From NCBI GenBank assembly GCA_964384205.1, contig CAYLKS010000003.1:12337-76336 (forward strand): DNA of 64,000 bases, given 5' to 3'. A program made the translations under genes and the position numbers. Shown here in pieces: positions 9,050 through 19,027 of the stretch. Position 1 is the stretch's first letter. Each line of letters starts with the position of its first letter. The DNA comes from an uncultured bacterium (GTDB lineage Bacteria; JAGOEH01; CAYLKS01). The notes under the pieces were generated by a model that was given only the letters and a program-made list of their open reading frames with translations, had not been told where the DNA came from and ran no database searches.

Positions 9050-10065
9050 CTATCCTCCTGCTTAAAAAATTGATTAATCACTTTAAAAATATCGTCCGGT
9101 TTTATGAGCCTCATACATCTATGATGACCTAAAGGACATTTTTGTTTTCCATGGATATTACAAGGCCTACACCCTAAATTATCAACTTCTACTACTCTAC
9201 TTTTCTCAGACAGCGGATAAAATCCAAAATCTGGTACCGTAGGGCCAAAAATAGCAATCGTTGGAATGTTATAAGCTGATGCAATATGTAATGGTGCAGA
9301 ATCATTTGTTACTAATAAATTTGAAAACTCAATTAATGAAGCCGATTCTGACAAACTCGTCTTTCCCATAAAATTTAAAATATATTTATCAAGTTTTCTA
9401 TTTTTATAAATATCGTCTGAACCTATTAAAACCACTGTTTTACCAAAATTTTTAAAAACCAACTCCGCTAATTCTAAATAATAATCCTTATCCCAACACT
9501 TTGTTTGCCACACTGAATGAGGTGCAAAAACAAAATAATTATACTTTTCTACTAAATTCTCAAACTTCGAAAAAATGCTTTCAAAATCTGGACAAGAAGG
9601 CCTTTCTCCTTCTAAATCTTCTTCTTTTCCTGTCAATAAAAAAATATTTCTGCCTGTTTCATGCACCCCCTTTTCTCTTAAATATTTTCGTCTTTTATTA
9701 TAAAAAAATTTAATTGTAAAAATATCAAAACCATAACGTTGTTTAGCTCCACTCAAAAAGGTCATTAAACCACTTCTAAAATATCTATGAGGAGTTATTA
9801 CAATATCTGGTTTTATTTGCCTCAATATCGACACTATTCTATAAAATCCTTTTATCCCTTTATGTGATTCTCTTTTATCATATACTATAATTTCATCTAT
9901 AAATTCTAAATTTTTCATTAATTCAAAAGAATGGGGTTGAATCACAAAATATAATTTTGTATCTTTATATATCTCTTTTACTCTCCTTAATAAAGGAGTG
10001 GTTAAAATTACATCACCAATAAAAGATGTCTGTATTACTACGATTTGCTTCTTTGTGTTTTCCAT
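9046..10065 (-). CDS. Glycosyltransferase family 9 (LPS heptosyltransferase, WaaF-like)
   Basis: QTSFIGDVILTTP, TKCW, NDSAPLHIASA, IFGPT, CRPC...KCPLGHHRCM. Confidence 0.9.
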   Translation of the reverse strand: MENTKKQIVVIQTSFIGDVILTTPLLRRVKEIYKDTKLYFVIQPHSFELMKNLEFIDEIIVYDKRESHKGIKGFYRIVSILRQIKPDIVITPHRYFRSGLMTFLSGAKQRYGFDIFTIKFFYNKRRKYLREKGVHETGRNIFLLTGKEEDLEGERPSCPDFESIFSKFENLVEKYNYFVFAPHSVWQTKCWDKDYYLELAELVFKNFGKTVVLIGSDDIYKNRKLDKYILNFMGKTSLSESASLIEFSNLLVTNDSAPLHIASAYNIPTIAIFGPTVPDFGFYPLSEKSRVVEVDNLGCRPCNIHGKQKCPLGHHRCMRLIKPDDIFKVINQFFKQEDR

Positions 10066-10904
10066 CTTTTATGAACCCAAAACCAATCAAAAGGATATAG
10101 TCTTATAAAATCTGATAATTTTTGATTAAAACACTCCAATATACTCTCTTCCGAGTCATCAAAATTTATCTTTAATTCTTCAATATAAATAGAATATGTC
10201 AAATCATTATTTAATCTAATATGTGAAAAATAAACTGGTAACTTATACTTTTTGACTAAAAAAGCAGCTCCTTTATATGTTGATGCTTCCCTCCCCAAAA
10301 AATTAACCATTACACCCTTTTTGCCGGCATCCTGATCAATCAAAATCCCCAGGGAATATTTGCTAAAATCATGTCTTAAAATCTTTTTCAAATCTCTTTT
10401 CATATCATAAATAGGCACATTATATTTCGATGTCAATTTCCCATAAAAGTCATTATTTACTTTTATATTTTTTTGACGTTTATTTATAGCTGCTAATGGA
10501 AATAACTTATAATTAATATATCTAAATAACAACATAAAATTAGAAAAATGTCCTGATATGAAAATTCCATTTTTACTAAAATTTCCTTTCAACTGAACCT
10601 CTTTAACCAAATTCAATACTCTCTCATTAGGGATATTTACAGCATTTATATAATCCATGAAACAAAATATCTGATTTGTAAAATATCTTATTAAAAAAGA
10701 TTTATTACAAAATTCACATTGTCCTCCAAAGGCTATAATCAAATTATTCAATACCACATCTATTCTTATTTTCAAAATAAAATAGTTAATATAAGATAAG
10801 AAATATGAAATATTATATAAAACCCTCCGAGGTATTATCCTTACTATAAATGAAAGCAAGAGATAGCCAACATATTCTAAAAAATATTTTATTTGTGAAA
10901 TCAT
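10038..10904 (-). CDS. Lipid A biosynthesis acyltransferase family (LpxL/HtrB-like)
   Basis: N-terminal TM, GHFSN, LIDQD, VNFLGREA, C-terminal WFWVHKRWK. Confidence 0.85.
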   Translation of the reverse strand: MISQIKYFLEYVGYLLLSFIVRIIPRRVLYNISYFLSYINYFILKIRIDVVLNNLIIAFGGQCEFCNKSFLIRYFTNQIFCFMDYINAVNIPNERVLNLVKEVQLKGNFSKNGIFISGHFSNFMLLFRYINYKLFPLAAINKRQKNIKVNNDFYGKLTSKYNVPIYDMKRDLKKILRHDFSKYSLGILIDQDAGKKGVMVNFLGREASTYKGAAFLVKKYKLPVYFSHIRLNNDLTYSIYIEELKINFDDSEESILECFNQKLSDFIRLYPFDWFWVHKRWKTQRSKS

Positions 10905-10909
10905 ATTAA

Positions 10910-12829
10910 TTAAAATTCAAAATCTAAAGGTAAAACATAAAGTTTCAAGTCAGAATCAAAATTAAATCCAGGTAAAGTTTCCCATTTCTTATAATTCTCA
11001 GGAATAACAAACATATTCCCTATAAAATTTAACTGATTATTACTTGTCTTTCCTATATTACCTCTAATATTAAAATCTCCTGAGGAAAAAGAAAAATTAT
11101 TTATTTTTAAATCTTTTGTTAAATAATCATAATTCAAATTAAAATTAAAATATTTAAAGTTAAAAGTTTTAAATCTATCATCTCCTAATTTATTAGTCAA
11201 TGAATTAAAAAATCTATCATTTGAAATATAACCAGAATAAGAATTCAACTTGCCCACAATAAAAAACTTATCAACTTTATTCTTTAATGAATTTAATAAT
11301 ATTTCAATATTATATGTTACATTTGCAACTGCTCTATTATTTGAATCATACCCCAGATATGTTTGTAAAACCTTTTTCAAAGCAACATTTTTAATAAAAA
11401 CAAAATTAGATAATTTTATCATATCCAAAGAAGAAAAATTCCAGGTAGAAGATAAAGAATAATCTCCATTTGAATCAATAGGTTTTAAATAAGATTTTAT
11501 TTCTTTTCCTCTAAATTTTATACTTCCAATTCCATTTCCAAAATCAATATCTCCAATGGAAAATCCATTATAATCAATATTTACCTCAATATTAGAATTA
11601 GGTAACAAATTAAAAAATACACCTTTATATAAGATTTTCTTTAATTGCTGACTTAATTCTAAAATGTCAAATTTTTGACTTGTAAATAAAAATACTCCCT
11701 GGCTTTTATTAAAATCATCAGATAAAAACATGCTGTAAACAAAATCATTAAATTTTGTAATCTGCCCACCAATTTTAAAAAAAGACTTACCAATGCCACA
11801 TTTTAAATTTTCAACATACAAAATATTATTTCTTGAAAATAAAGAACCATCTATTTGTATCGGAAAATTTTCATTTTTATTTGAAATATTATCACAATTA
11901 ATTTTTAAATTAATATCTGTATTATCCAGACTATCAAGCATTGTTTCCAGGCTAATATTCCCTTTAAATGCCCCTCTAAAATCTGCATTATTCCCACTAA
12001 AATTATTATTAAACTCAAATTTCAAATCTAAAAACTTAGAAATTAATCCAAGATTCATCTCATAATCGCCCAAAATCTTATTAAAACCTTTTATATTTAA
12101 CGATAACTTATTCCCAAAATTCGAAATCAAAAAATTCTGATTTTTATAATTAAAAATAATATTTAACACTCTATCAAGATATGATATAGAAAGTTCCTGT
12201 GGCTCTCCATCAATTTTTAATACTTTCTTATCAGGAACATAACTATTTTTAACTCTTTTAAATGAACTATAAAATTCTATATCTTTATTAAAATCAAATT
12301 TTATAATATGATTCTTAAAATTAATATCTTTAAAATTAATATTTGCAAAATATTTTTCCCCTGAAAAATCAAAAATAACTGAATAGATAAAAACATTTAA
12401 ATCTACATACCCATCATTTACATCTATTTTAAATTTTGAATTCTCTATCTCAATTAAATTAGGTTTTAAAATATCATATAAAGATAAGATATTCAATCTT
12501 GCATCTGGATTTATAAAAAAATTTGCATCCTTAATGGATATTTTATCAAGCTTTTGTTCTCTATCAATATAAAATAAAAATGGAAAAGACAGTTTTACTT
12601 TCCCCTTTTTCAAAACATTACCGTAACTAAAATCTTCTAAAATAATTGATGGAACTACTGAAATCTTAAAATATACTTTACTATATTTTATACCACTTAT
12701 ATTATTCTTTGCTAAAAAATTTTCTATATATATTTTTGCTGCATTATTAGAAAATATTGTAAATCTCAATAAAATTATACACAAAGAAATAAAGGCAACT
12801 AAAGAAAGAATTATTATTATTTTTTTCAT
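10910..12829 (-). CDS. AsmA-like family protein (probable lipid-transfer bridge)
   Basis: Single N-terminal TM, ISVVPSIILEDF typical of AsmA N-terminus, beta-rich body, AsmA-like C-terminus; sits among envelope genes. Confidence 0.6.
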   Translation of the reverse strand: MKKIIIILSLVAFISLCIILLRFTIFSNNAAKIYIENFLAKNNISGIKYSKVYFKISVVPSIILEDFSYGNVLKKGKVKLSFPFLFYIDREQKLDKISIKDANFFINPDARLNILSLYDILKPNLIEIENSKFKIDVNDGYVDLNVFIYSVIFDFSGEKYFANINFKDINFKNHIIKFDFNKDIEFYSSFKRVKNSYVPDKKVLKIDGEPQELSISYLDRVLNIIFNYKNQNFLISNFGNKLSLNIKGFNKILGDYEMNLGLISKFLDLKFEFNNNFSGNNADFRGAFKGNISLETMLDSLDNTDINLKINCDNISNKNENFPIQIDGSLFSRNNILYVENLKCGIGKSFFKIGGQITKFNDFVYSMFLSDDFNKSQGVFLFTSQKFDILELSQQLKKILYKGVFFNLLPNSNIEVNIDYNGFSIGDIDFGNGIGSIKFRGKEIKSYLKPIDSNGDYSLSSTWNFSSLDMIKLSNFVFIKNVALKKVLQTYLGYDSNNRAVANVTYNIEILLNSLKNKVDKFFIVGKLNSYSGYISNDRFFNSLTNKLGDDRFKTFNFKYFNFNLNYDYLTKDLKINNFSFSSGDFNIRGNIGKTSNNQLNFIGNMFVIPENYKKWETLPGFNFDSDLKLYVLPLDFEF

Positions 12830-13725
12830 TATGATTGAGCCATTATATATTTATCAACAATGGTAAGCAAATTCCCCAATTCCGGTTTTGTTAACTGAGC
12901 ATCTGCGCCAACAGATTTACCTTTTTTAATAACATCAGGAGATATTAAAGAGGAATAAATTATAACTGGAATATGAGAATATTCTTTATTAGTCTTTATT
13001 CGTTTACATAAAGTATAACCATCCAGTTCTGGCATTTCAATATCTGTTATCACTAAATCCACTTTAGTATCAGAATTAAATAAAACATTCAAAGCCTCTT
13101 TCCCATTAGAAGTATCTATAACATTATACCCGGCATCCGATAACTTCTTAACCATAATATCCTTGATAGTAGCGGAATCTTCAGCTATTAATAAAGTATA
13201 TTTACTTCTATTAATGTCAAACTGAGTTTCAAAATCAGTAGCAGTTTCTAATGAAGAATAATTATTTATTTCCATAACAATTTTTTCAAAATCAAGCATT
13301 AAAATAATTTTATCATCCAATTTTACAACTGAAGTGATATAAGCATTATGGCCAGCAAATGTCTTATCAGGAGGAATAACATTCTCCCAAGATAACCTAT
13401 AGATTCTTGTAACAGAATCAACAATAAACCCCATCTTCTGAGCATTAAATTCAGTTATTATAATTTTAGGCTTTTTTACATTACCAGATTCCTCAATATT
13501 TAAAAACTTCTTTAAATTAGCAATAGAGATAATTTCATTTCTAATATTAGTAACACCTTCCAAACACGGATGTGTTTTAGGTACAGGGAAAATCTTTTCA
13601 GGTTTCTCAATAACCTCTCGGATTTTTGAAACATTAATTCCATAAAATTTATTTTCAATAATAAATTCTATCAGTTCAAACTCATTAGTTCCTGTCTCTA
13701 ATAAAATTCCTTCATTTTTTGCCAT
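12829..13725 (-). CDS. cheV: Chemotaxis protein CheV (CheW + receiver)
   Basis: ILLETGTNEFELIEF, YGINVSKIREVI, LDFEKIV, then receiver LIAEDS...DLVITDIEMPELDG...VIIYSSL...GADAQLTKP. Confidence 0.93.
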   Translation of the reverse strand: MAKNEGILLETGTNEFELIEFIIENKFYGINVSKIREVIEKPEKIFPVPKTHPCLEGVTNIRNEIISIANLKKFLNIEESGNVKKPKIIITEFNAQKMGFIVDSVTRIYRLSWENVIPPDKTFAGHNAYITSVVKLDDKIILMLDFEKIVMEINNYSSLETATDFETQFDINRSKYTLLIAEDSATIKDIMVKKLSDAGYNVIDTSNGKEALNVLFNSDTKVDLVITDIEMPELDGYTLCKRIKTNKEYSHIPVIIYSSLISPDVIKKGKSVGADAQLTKPELGNLLTIVDKYIMAQS

Positions 13726-13736
13726 AATATCCCCCT

Positions 13737-14063
13737 TTATTTTAAAATATCATTTATTATATTCTCTAATTCACTGACTTTCTTAGCACCAATTTCTGTT
13801 CTTTTTAATTCCCCTTTATAATAAAATTGCATTGTCGGAATAGAGGCAATATTATATTTTTCTATCAAATCCTTATTTTTATCTACATCTACTTTTGCTA
13901 TTATTAATTTATCACTATATTTTCCATACAACTTTTTCAAAGAAAAACTTAACACTCCACAAGGCGCACACCAATCTGCCCAAAAATCTACTATTAAAAT
14001 TTTATCTTTTGAATTATTTTTTATAAAGTCTTCAAAGTTATTTGAATTTAATTCAATAAACAT
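13737..14063 (-). CDS. trxA: Thioredoxin
   Basis: VDFWADWCAPC, AKVDVD, IASIPT; SD GAGGAG. Confidence 0.92.
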   Translation of the reverse strand: MFIELNSNNFEDFIKNNSKDKILIVDFWADWCAPCGVLSFSLKKLYGKYSDKLIIAKVDVDKNKDLIEKYNIASIPTMQFYYKGELKRTEIGAKKVSELENIINDILK

Positions 14064-14088
14064 ATAACTCCTCTTTATTAATTATTTT

Positions 14089-14167
14089 ATAATAAAAATA
14101 AAATAATAAAAATTCAAGCAAAAAAAATAAAAAAAATATTGATTTTTTCATATACTATTCTTATGAT
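14089..14167. promoter_or_regulatory. Back-to-back sigma70-type promoters
   Basis: Minus: TTGAAT-17-TATTAT (14117-14089). Plus: TTGATT-17-TATGAT (14139-14167). Confidence 0.6.
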
Positions 14168-14192
14168 ATTAAAAATATAAAGGTTTATATTT

Positions 14193-15209
14193 ATGAAAAA
14201 TAAAATAAAAATTTTAATATTCGATGAAGAACCTTCTAATATAGTTCTTATAAAAAATTTCTTGAAAGACCAACTTTTTATTTATAAAATATACTCTTTC
14301 TCAAATATTAACAATCTCATAGAAAATTTTTCTCAAATTAACCCAGATATATTATTTATTGATTATACCCCCCAAACTAAAAATAATCCAAATTTTATAA
14401 ACTTTCTATCATCTATTAAAAATAATCAAGATATAACAAAAATTTTTACTATATATTCTACTGATCCAAAAACAATTGAAGAAATATTTGATATAGGTGC
14501 AAACGACTATATACTAAAACCTTACAATAGAATGGAAGTTATAAAAAAAATAGATAATCATAAAAATCAAATTCTATCTAGACAATTAAAATTAGAAGAA
14601 GAAAGACTAATTGCTGCCAAAAATACAAGCGGTGCTATTTTACATGAATTAAACCAGCCTATAAATGTTATATATATGCTCACAGATCTATATATAGAAA
14701 AATATAAAAATAATGAAATTATTTCAAAAATAAGAAAAAATCTCAATAAAATTAATTATTTAATGCAATCATTTCTTAATATCTCTAAATATAAAACTAA
14801 AAATTATCTTGAAGATACAAGCATACTCGATATAGACAATAGCAATGAATCAATACCAACTGAAGTAATAGCAAAAAATAAAAATTTTATCTTTCTTATA
14901 ATAGATCCTAAAAATAGTGTTACCAAAATACTTGAACCTTTATTAAACTATAAAAATATCCCTTTCATACATTTTCAAAATACGTTAGATATAAACAAAC
15001 CTTTCTTACATATTAAAAATATTTTTCTCCCTGTGATATATCAATACAATAAAGAAGAAATATTAAATTTTATAAAATATAATCACAACTTTAAATATAT
15101 AATATTCGCTAATAATTTGACAAATGAAGAATTAAAATTATTAAAAAATTATAAGGTCGTCGATTCAATTGATGTTCTTTACGATGTGATCTTCTATGAA
15201 AAATTTTAA
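14193..15209 (+). CDS. Receiver domain + HisKA-like dimerisation helix pair + degenerate receiver-like C-terminus
   Basis: ILIFDEE...PDILFIDY...GANDYILKPY; H-box GAILHELNQPINVI; no N/G1/F/G2 boxes of an HATPase domain seen. Confidence 0.7.
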   Translation: MKNKIKILIFDEEPSNIVLIKNFLKDQLFIYKIYSFSNINNLIENFSQINPDILFIDYTPQTKNNPNFINFLSSIKNNQDITKIFTIYSTDPKTIEEIFDIGANDYILKPYNRMEVIKKIDNHKNQILSRQLKLEEERLIAAKNTSGAILHELNQPINVIYMLTDLYIEKYKNNEIISKIRKNLNKINYLMQSFLNISKYKTKNYLEDTSILDIDNSNESIPTEVIAKNKNFIFLIIDPKNSVTKILEPLLNYKNIPFIHFQNTLDINKPFLHIKNIFLPVIYQYNKEEILNFIKYNHNFKYIIFANNLTNEELKLLKNYKVVDSIDVLYDVIFYEKF

Positions 15210-16809
15210 AAGACATCTAAAAATTTTTGCTATACCATTTTTTTTAATAGCTTCTTTTTCATTATTTATAATAGTTAGCTCCTTTAGTTTAGATAAAATA
15301 CTAAATAAAATTAATATAGAACATCTGCCTCTTCTAAGTAATAACAGTAACGAATTACTTAATGCTCTATCTTCAAGTAATGAAGTAATCATTGCTGTTC
15401 TTGCCTTACTTATAACAGTAGCAGCTATTATTGTTGAATTAGCAGCTACAAGATACAGCAGCAGGATTATTGATCTATTTATAGAAGACAAATTTAATCT
15501 TACAATTCTTACATATTTCATTATTCTAAATATTCATTCTTTATGGATATATTACTTTGCTGGTAATAGCCTGAATATACCATATTCTGCTTTAATTAAT
15601 ACTGTTCTCCTAACAATTGGATTTATATTAGTTATGCCATATTTTGCATACCTATTTCAATTTCTAAAACCTGATAATGTTATAAGTAAAATAAAAGAAA
15701 ATATACTCAAAAACCTTTCCCAGGCCAAAAGCACTAATATAAAAAAAAGAAAATTAAAAACTCTAAAAAACGATATTAGTCTGGCTATAGAACAAATTAG
15801 TGATATTGCATTAAAATCTATAGAAAATAAAGATAGTTCAATCGGAATCAAAGCTATACTTACTCTGAAAGAAATTGCCACAAATTTTTTAGAAATAAAA
15901 GATAATATAATCGATAGTTTCTTTAAAATTGAAACCTATGAATATGATCAACCAGATTACGTTACACTTTCAGACAAAGTTAGAACTAAAATTTATCATC
16001 AACATATTACGTTTGAAAATAAAATTTTAAAACATTATGCCTTAATTTTTTCCCATTCTGTAAATAATATAAGAGATTTTACAAATATGATAGCAATGAG
16101 TACCAGAGCAATAGGAATAAAGGCCATTCAAATAAAAGATATAAATGTAATAAATTTAATTATAAAATATTTTAATACCTACCTGAGAACTTCTTTGAAT
16201 CATAAAGACATTCGCACAGCTTATAATCTACTTTATCAATATAAACTATTTACAATTGCTGTCCTCAATTCAGAATACTCTAATATAGTTGCCAATATTG
16301 TAACATATTTCAAATATTATGGATTGCTATTTTATCAGCAAAAATTAGGTTTTATACTAGAAACTGTTGCACATGATATATGCGATATATGTATAGAAGC
16401 CCGAAAAGCTAATTGGGACAATTTTGAAGATATATTAGCAATATTTTTAACTGTGGATCAACCATCTGAAGAAGGTCTTGAAGAAGATAAATCTTTAAGG
16501 GGTGTACGAAAAGCTCAAATTAAATTAGCAGTATATCTTTTATATATAAACGATATAGCAAGTACAAAAATAATTGTATATGATATGATAGAAGAACCCC
16601 TAAAAAGAATAGAATCTATTTGTAATGAATTAATGAGAACAAAAGAAGAATTTTGGGAAATAATTGATAGAGGGAGTAATTTCGATTATATACCTGAAGA
16701 ATGGAAAAATCAAATTCCAAAATTCATCCAGATATTTAAAGAATTTGAAAAAAGTCAATTAAAAAAAGCTATAATCAAGAAAAAAAATAATAACTCTAAT
16801 CCAAAATAG
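15196..16809 (+). CDS. DUF2254-like membrane protein
   Basis: N-terminal TM bundle with LAATRYSSRIIDLF (cf. LASSQFSPRLL), then a helical cytoplasmic region with AIEQISDIALKSI. Confidence 0.6.
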   Translation: MKNFKRHLKIFAIPFFLIASFSLFIIVSSFSLDKILNKINIEHLPLLSNNSNELLNALSSSNEVIIAVLALLITVAAIIVELAATRYSSRIIDLFIEDKFNLTILTYFIILNIHSLWIYYFAGNSLNIPYSALINTVLLTIGFILVMPYFAYLFQFLKPDNVISKIKENILKNLSQAKSTNIKKRKLKTLKNDISLAIEQISDIALKSIENKDSSIGIKAILTLKEIATNFLEIKDNIIDSFFKIETYEYDQPDYVTLSDKVRTKIYHQHITFENKILKHYALIFSHSVNNIRDFTNMIAMSTRAIGIKAIQIKDINVINLIIKYFNTYLRTSLNHKDIRTAYNLLYQYKLFTIAVLNSEYSNIVANIVTYFKYYGLLFYQQKLGFILETVAHDICDICIEARKANWDNFEDILAIFLTVDQPSEEGLEEDKSLRGVRKAQIKLAVYLLYINDIASTKIIVYDMIEEPLKRIESICNELMRTKEEFWEIIDRGSNFDYIPEEWKNQIPKFIQIFKEFEKSQLKKAIIKKKNNNSNPK

Positions 16810-18760
16810 ATAATAATCTTTCTAAAGAATGTTGTAATTTATCCCATTCATTATAATATTCTTCTAATTCTGGTTTCAGCTTTTTATATTCTTTATTAAG
16901 TGCGGCCGCCTTATCTGGATCGCTATAAATTTCAGCAGAATATAATTGAGATTCTATATCTTTTAATCTATTTTCCAAATATTCTATTTTTTCTTCACAT
17001 TCTTTTATTTTTTTTGTTAACTTTTTTCTCTCGCCAGAAATCATTTGCCTAATTTGTGCTCTCTCTCTTCGTAATTCTTTTTTATAATTTTTATTATTAT
17101 CTTTTGATTTTACCTTTGTTAAAGAACCTTTTTCTCCTGCTGACAACCTGTTATTAATATAAAAAATAAAATCATCATAATTCCCCGGATAATATATCAT
17201 CTTTTTATTCTCAAGGTAAAAAATCTTTTCTGCAAATTTTTTTATAAAATAACGATCATGAGTTACTAATAATATAGTCCCGGGGAAATTTATAAGTGCA
17301 TTTAATAAAGCCTCTTTTGAAGGTATATCAAGGTAATTCGTAGGTTCATCAAGAACTAAAAAATTTGCATCTTTTAAAAACATTTTAGCAAAAACTAATC
17401 TTGTTTTCTCTCCACCACTTAATACACTCACTTTTTTATTAACACTATCTCCTGAAAATAAAAAAGCACCTAATATAGCTCTGATATATGGCACTCTATC
17501 TACACTTGCTCCTTCATATAATTCTTCATAAACAGTATTATTTAAATTCAATCTTTTATTACTATCCTGCGAAAAATAAGCAATTTTAACATTATGACCT
17601 AATTTGATAACTCCTTCTGAAGGCTCTTCTTCCCCACAAATTAAGCGTGTTAATGTAGATTTCCCGTGCCCATTTGGACCTGATAAGACTATTTTATCTC
17701 CAGCTAATATTTCAAAAGATAATCCCGAAAAAATTAATTTATCTCCGTAAAACTTAGAAACATTCTCTACTTCCAAAACTTTAGAACCACTTTTTTCAAA
17801 ATCAGGCAATTTAAACTTTATCTTACTATCAAATGAATCTTTAACTAATTCCGGCTTTTCCTCCTGCAACTTTTCTAATAACTTAATTTTACTTTGCACA
17901 TTAGCAGCATGCCTTGCTTTTGCTCTAAATTTATTTATATGATTTAAAAGCTCCTGCTCTTTTTTATTAATATTTTTTATTTTTTTTTCAAGAGTATTCT
18001 CATATTCTTTCCATTTAACTAAAAAATCATCATATCCACCCTGAAATTTATAAACCCTACCAAAATTCAAATACCAGATTTCGTTCACAATATTATTTAA
18101 AAAATCTCTATCATGAGAAATAATAATTAAAGCACCTTCATATTCTTTTAAATAATTTTCAAGCCAAATAATACTATTTATATCAAGATGATTAGTAGGC
18201 TCATCCAATAATAACAAGTCACCCGGATTAACCAATAATTTCGCCAAAAAAAGACGAGTCTGCCAACCACCAGAAAATTGATGAATTTTTTTCTTAAAAT
18301 CTTCCTCTGAAAACCCCAATCCTTTTAAAACTTTATATACAATAGTATCTTGCGCATAATAATTATGAATCTCAAGATAAGATTGAATATATCCCATTCT
18401 ATTTAGTCGCTTTGTTATCTCTTCCTCATCTTTTAAAATACCAATTTCCTTCATGATTAAATCCAACTCTTCTTTTAACAAATTTAACTCATCAAAAGCA
18501 TGCCGAATAAAATCAATTATATTTTCATTAGAATTTAGTATCTGCTCCTGCGGTAAATAAGAAATCCTTATACTTTTATCAAATGTTATACTACCACTAT
18601 CAGGCTTTATCTGTCCTGATATTAATCGAAAAAAAGTAGTCTTACCTGCTCCATTTTTACCAATTAATCCAATTCTATCATTATTATTTATTTGAACATT
18701 CAAATTATCAAAAATATTTTGACTACCAAATGCCAAATTAACATTATAAACTGAAATCAT
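16796..18760 (-). CDS. ABC-F family ATP-binding protein with C-terminal coiled coil
   Basis: Two ABC cassettes (GKNGAGKTT/FSGGW/LLDEPTNHLD and GPNGHGKST/LSGGE/VLDEPTNYLD); no TM segments. Confidence 0.95.
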   Translation of the reverse strand: MISVYNVNLAFGSQNIFDNLNVQINNNDRIGLIGKNGAGKTTFFRLISGQIKPDSGSITFDKSIRISYLPQEQILNSNENIIDFIRHAFDELNLLKEELDLIMKEIGILKDEEEITKRLNRMGYIQSYLEIHNYYAQDTIVYKVLKGLGFSEEDFKKKIHQFSGGWQTRLFLAKLLVNPGDLLLLDEPTNHLDINSIIWLENYLKEYEGALIIISHDRDFLNNIVNEIWYLNFGRVYKFQGGYDDFLVKWKEYENTLEKKIKNINKKEQELLNHINKFRAKARHAANVQSKIKLLEKLQEEKPELVKDSFDSKIKFKLPDFEKSGSKVLEVENVSKFYGDKLIFSGLSFEILAGDKIVLSGPNGHGKSTLTRLICGEEEPSEGVIKLGHNVKIAYFSQDSNKRLNLNNTVYEELYEGASVDRVPYIRAILGAFLFSGDSVNKKVSVLSGGEKTRLVFAKMFLKDANFLVLDEPTNYLDIPSKEALLNALINFPGTILLVTHDRYFIKKFAEKIFYLENKKMIYYPGNYDDFIFYINNRLSAGEKGSLTKVKSKDNNKNYKKELRRERAQIRQMISGERKKLTKKIKECEEKIEYLENRLKDIESQLYSAEIYSDPDKAAALNKEYKKLKPELEEYYNEWDKLQHSLERLLSILD

Positions 18761-18796
18761 AATCTAATTCCCATAAAAAAATTAAATTCACCGCTA

Positions 18797-18825
18797 AATA
18801 TATACCAATTCGTAATTAAAAACAA
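18797..18825 (-). promoter_or_regulatory. Sigma70-type promoter of the ABC-F gene
   Basis: TTGTTT-17-TATATT. Confidence 0.5.
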
Positions 18826-19027
18826 GCAAAAAATCTTATTTCAAATAGATGATAAATATCCTACGAATGTATCTTATCTGAAAATAAAATCTCTCATTGC
18901 TAAGCTGCTGATTTTACAAAAAATCTTTTATCTATTAAAAATAGAACTATTCCCTATCTATCCACATAAATTATCAATCTGACCCGGGGAAAACTCCTAC
19001 TAAAACCCTCTTCCCAAATAAAACAAA

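Noticed and set aside
18830-19027. Slightly GC-richer spacer between sfsA and the ABC-F gene with a GGGAAGA...TTTTCCCC pairing
   Set aside because: Weak interrupted stem, no riboswitch consensus, no ORF of note; the ABC-F promoter lies downstream of it.
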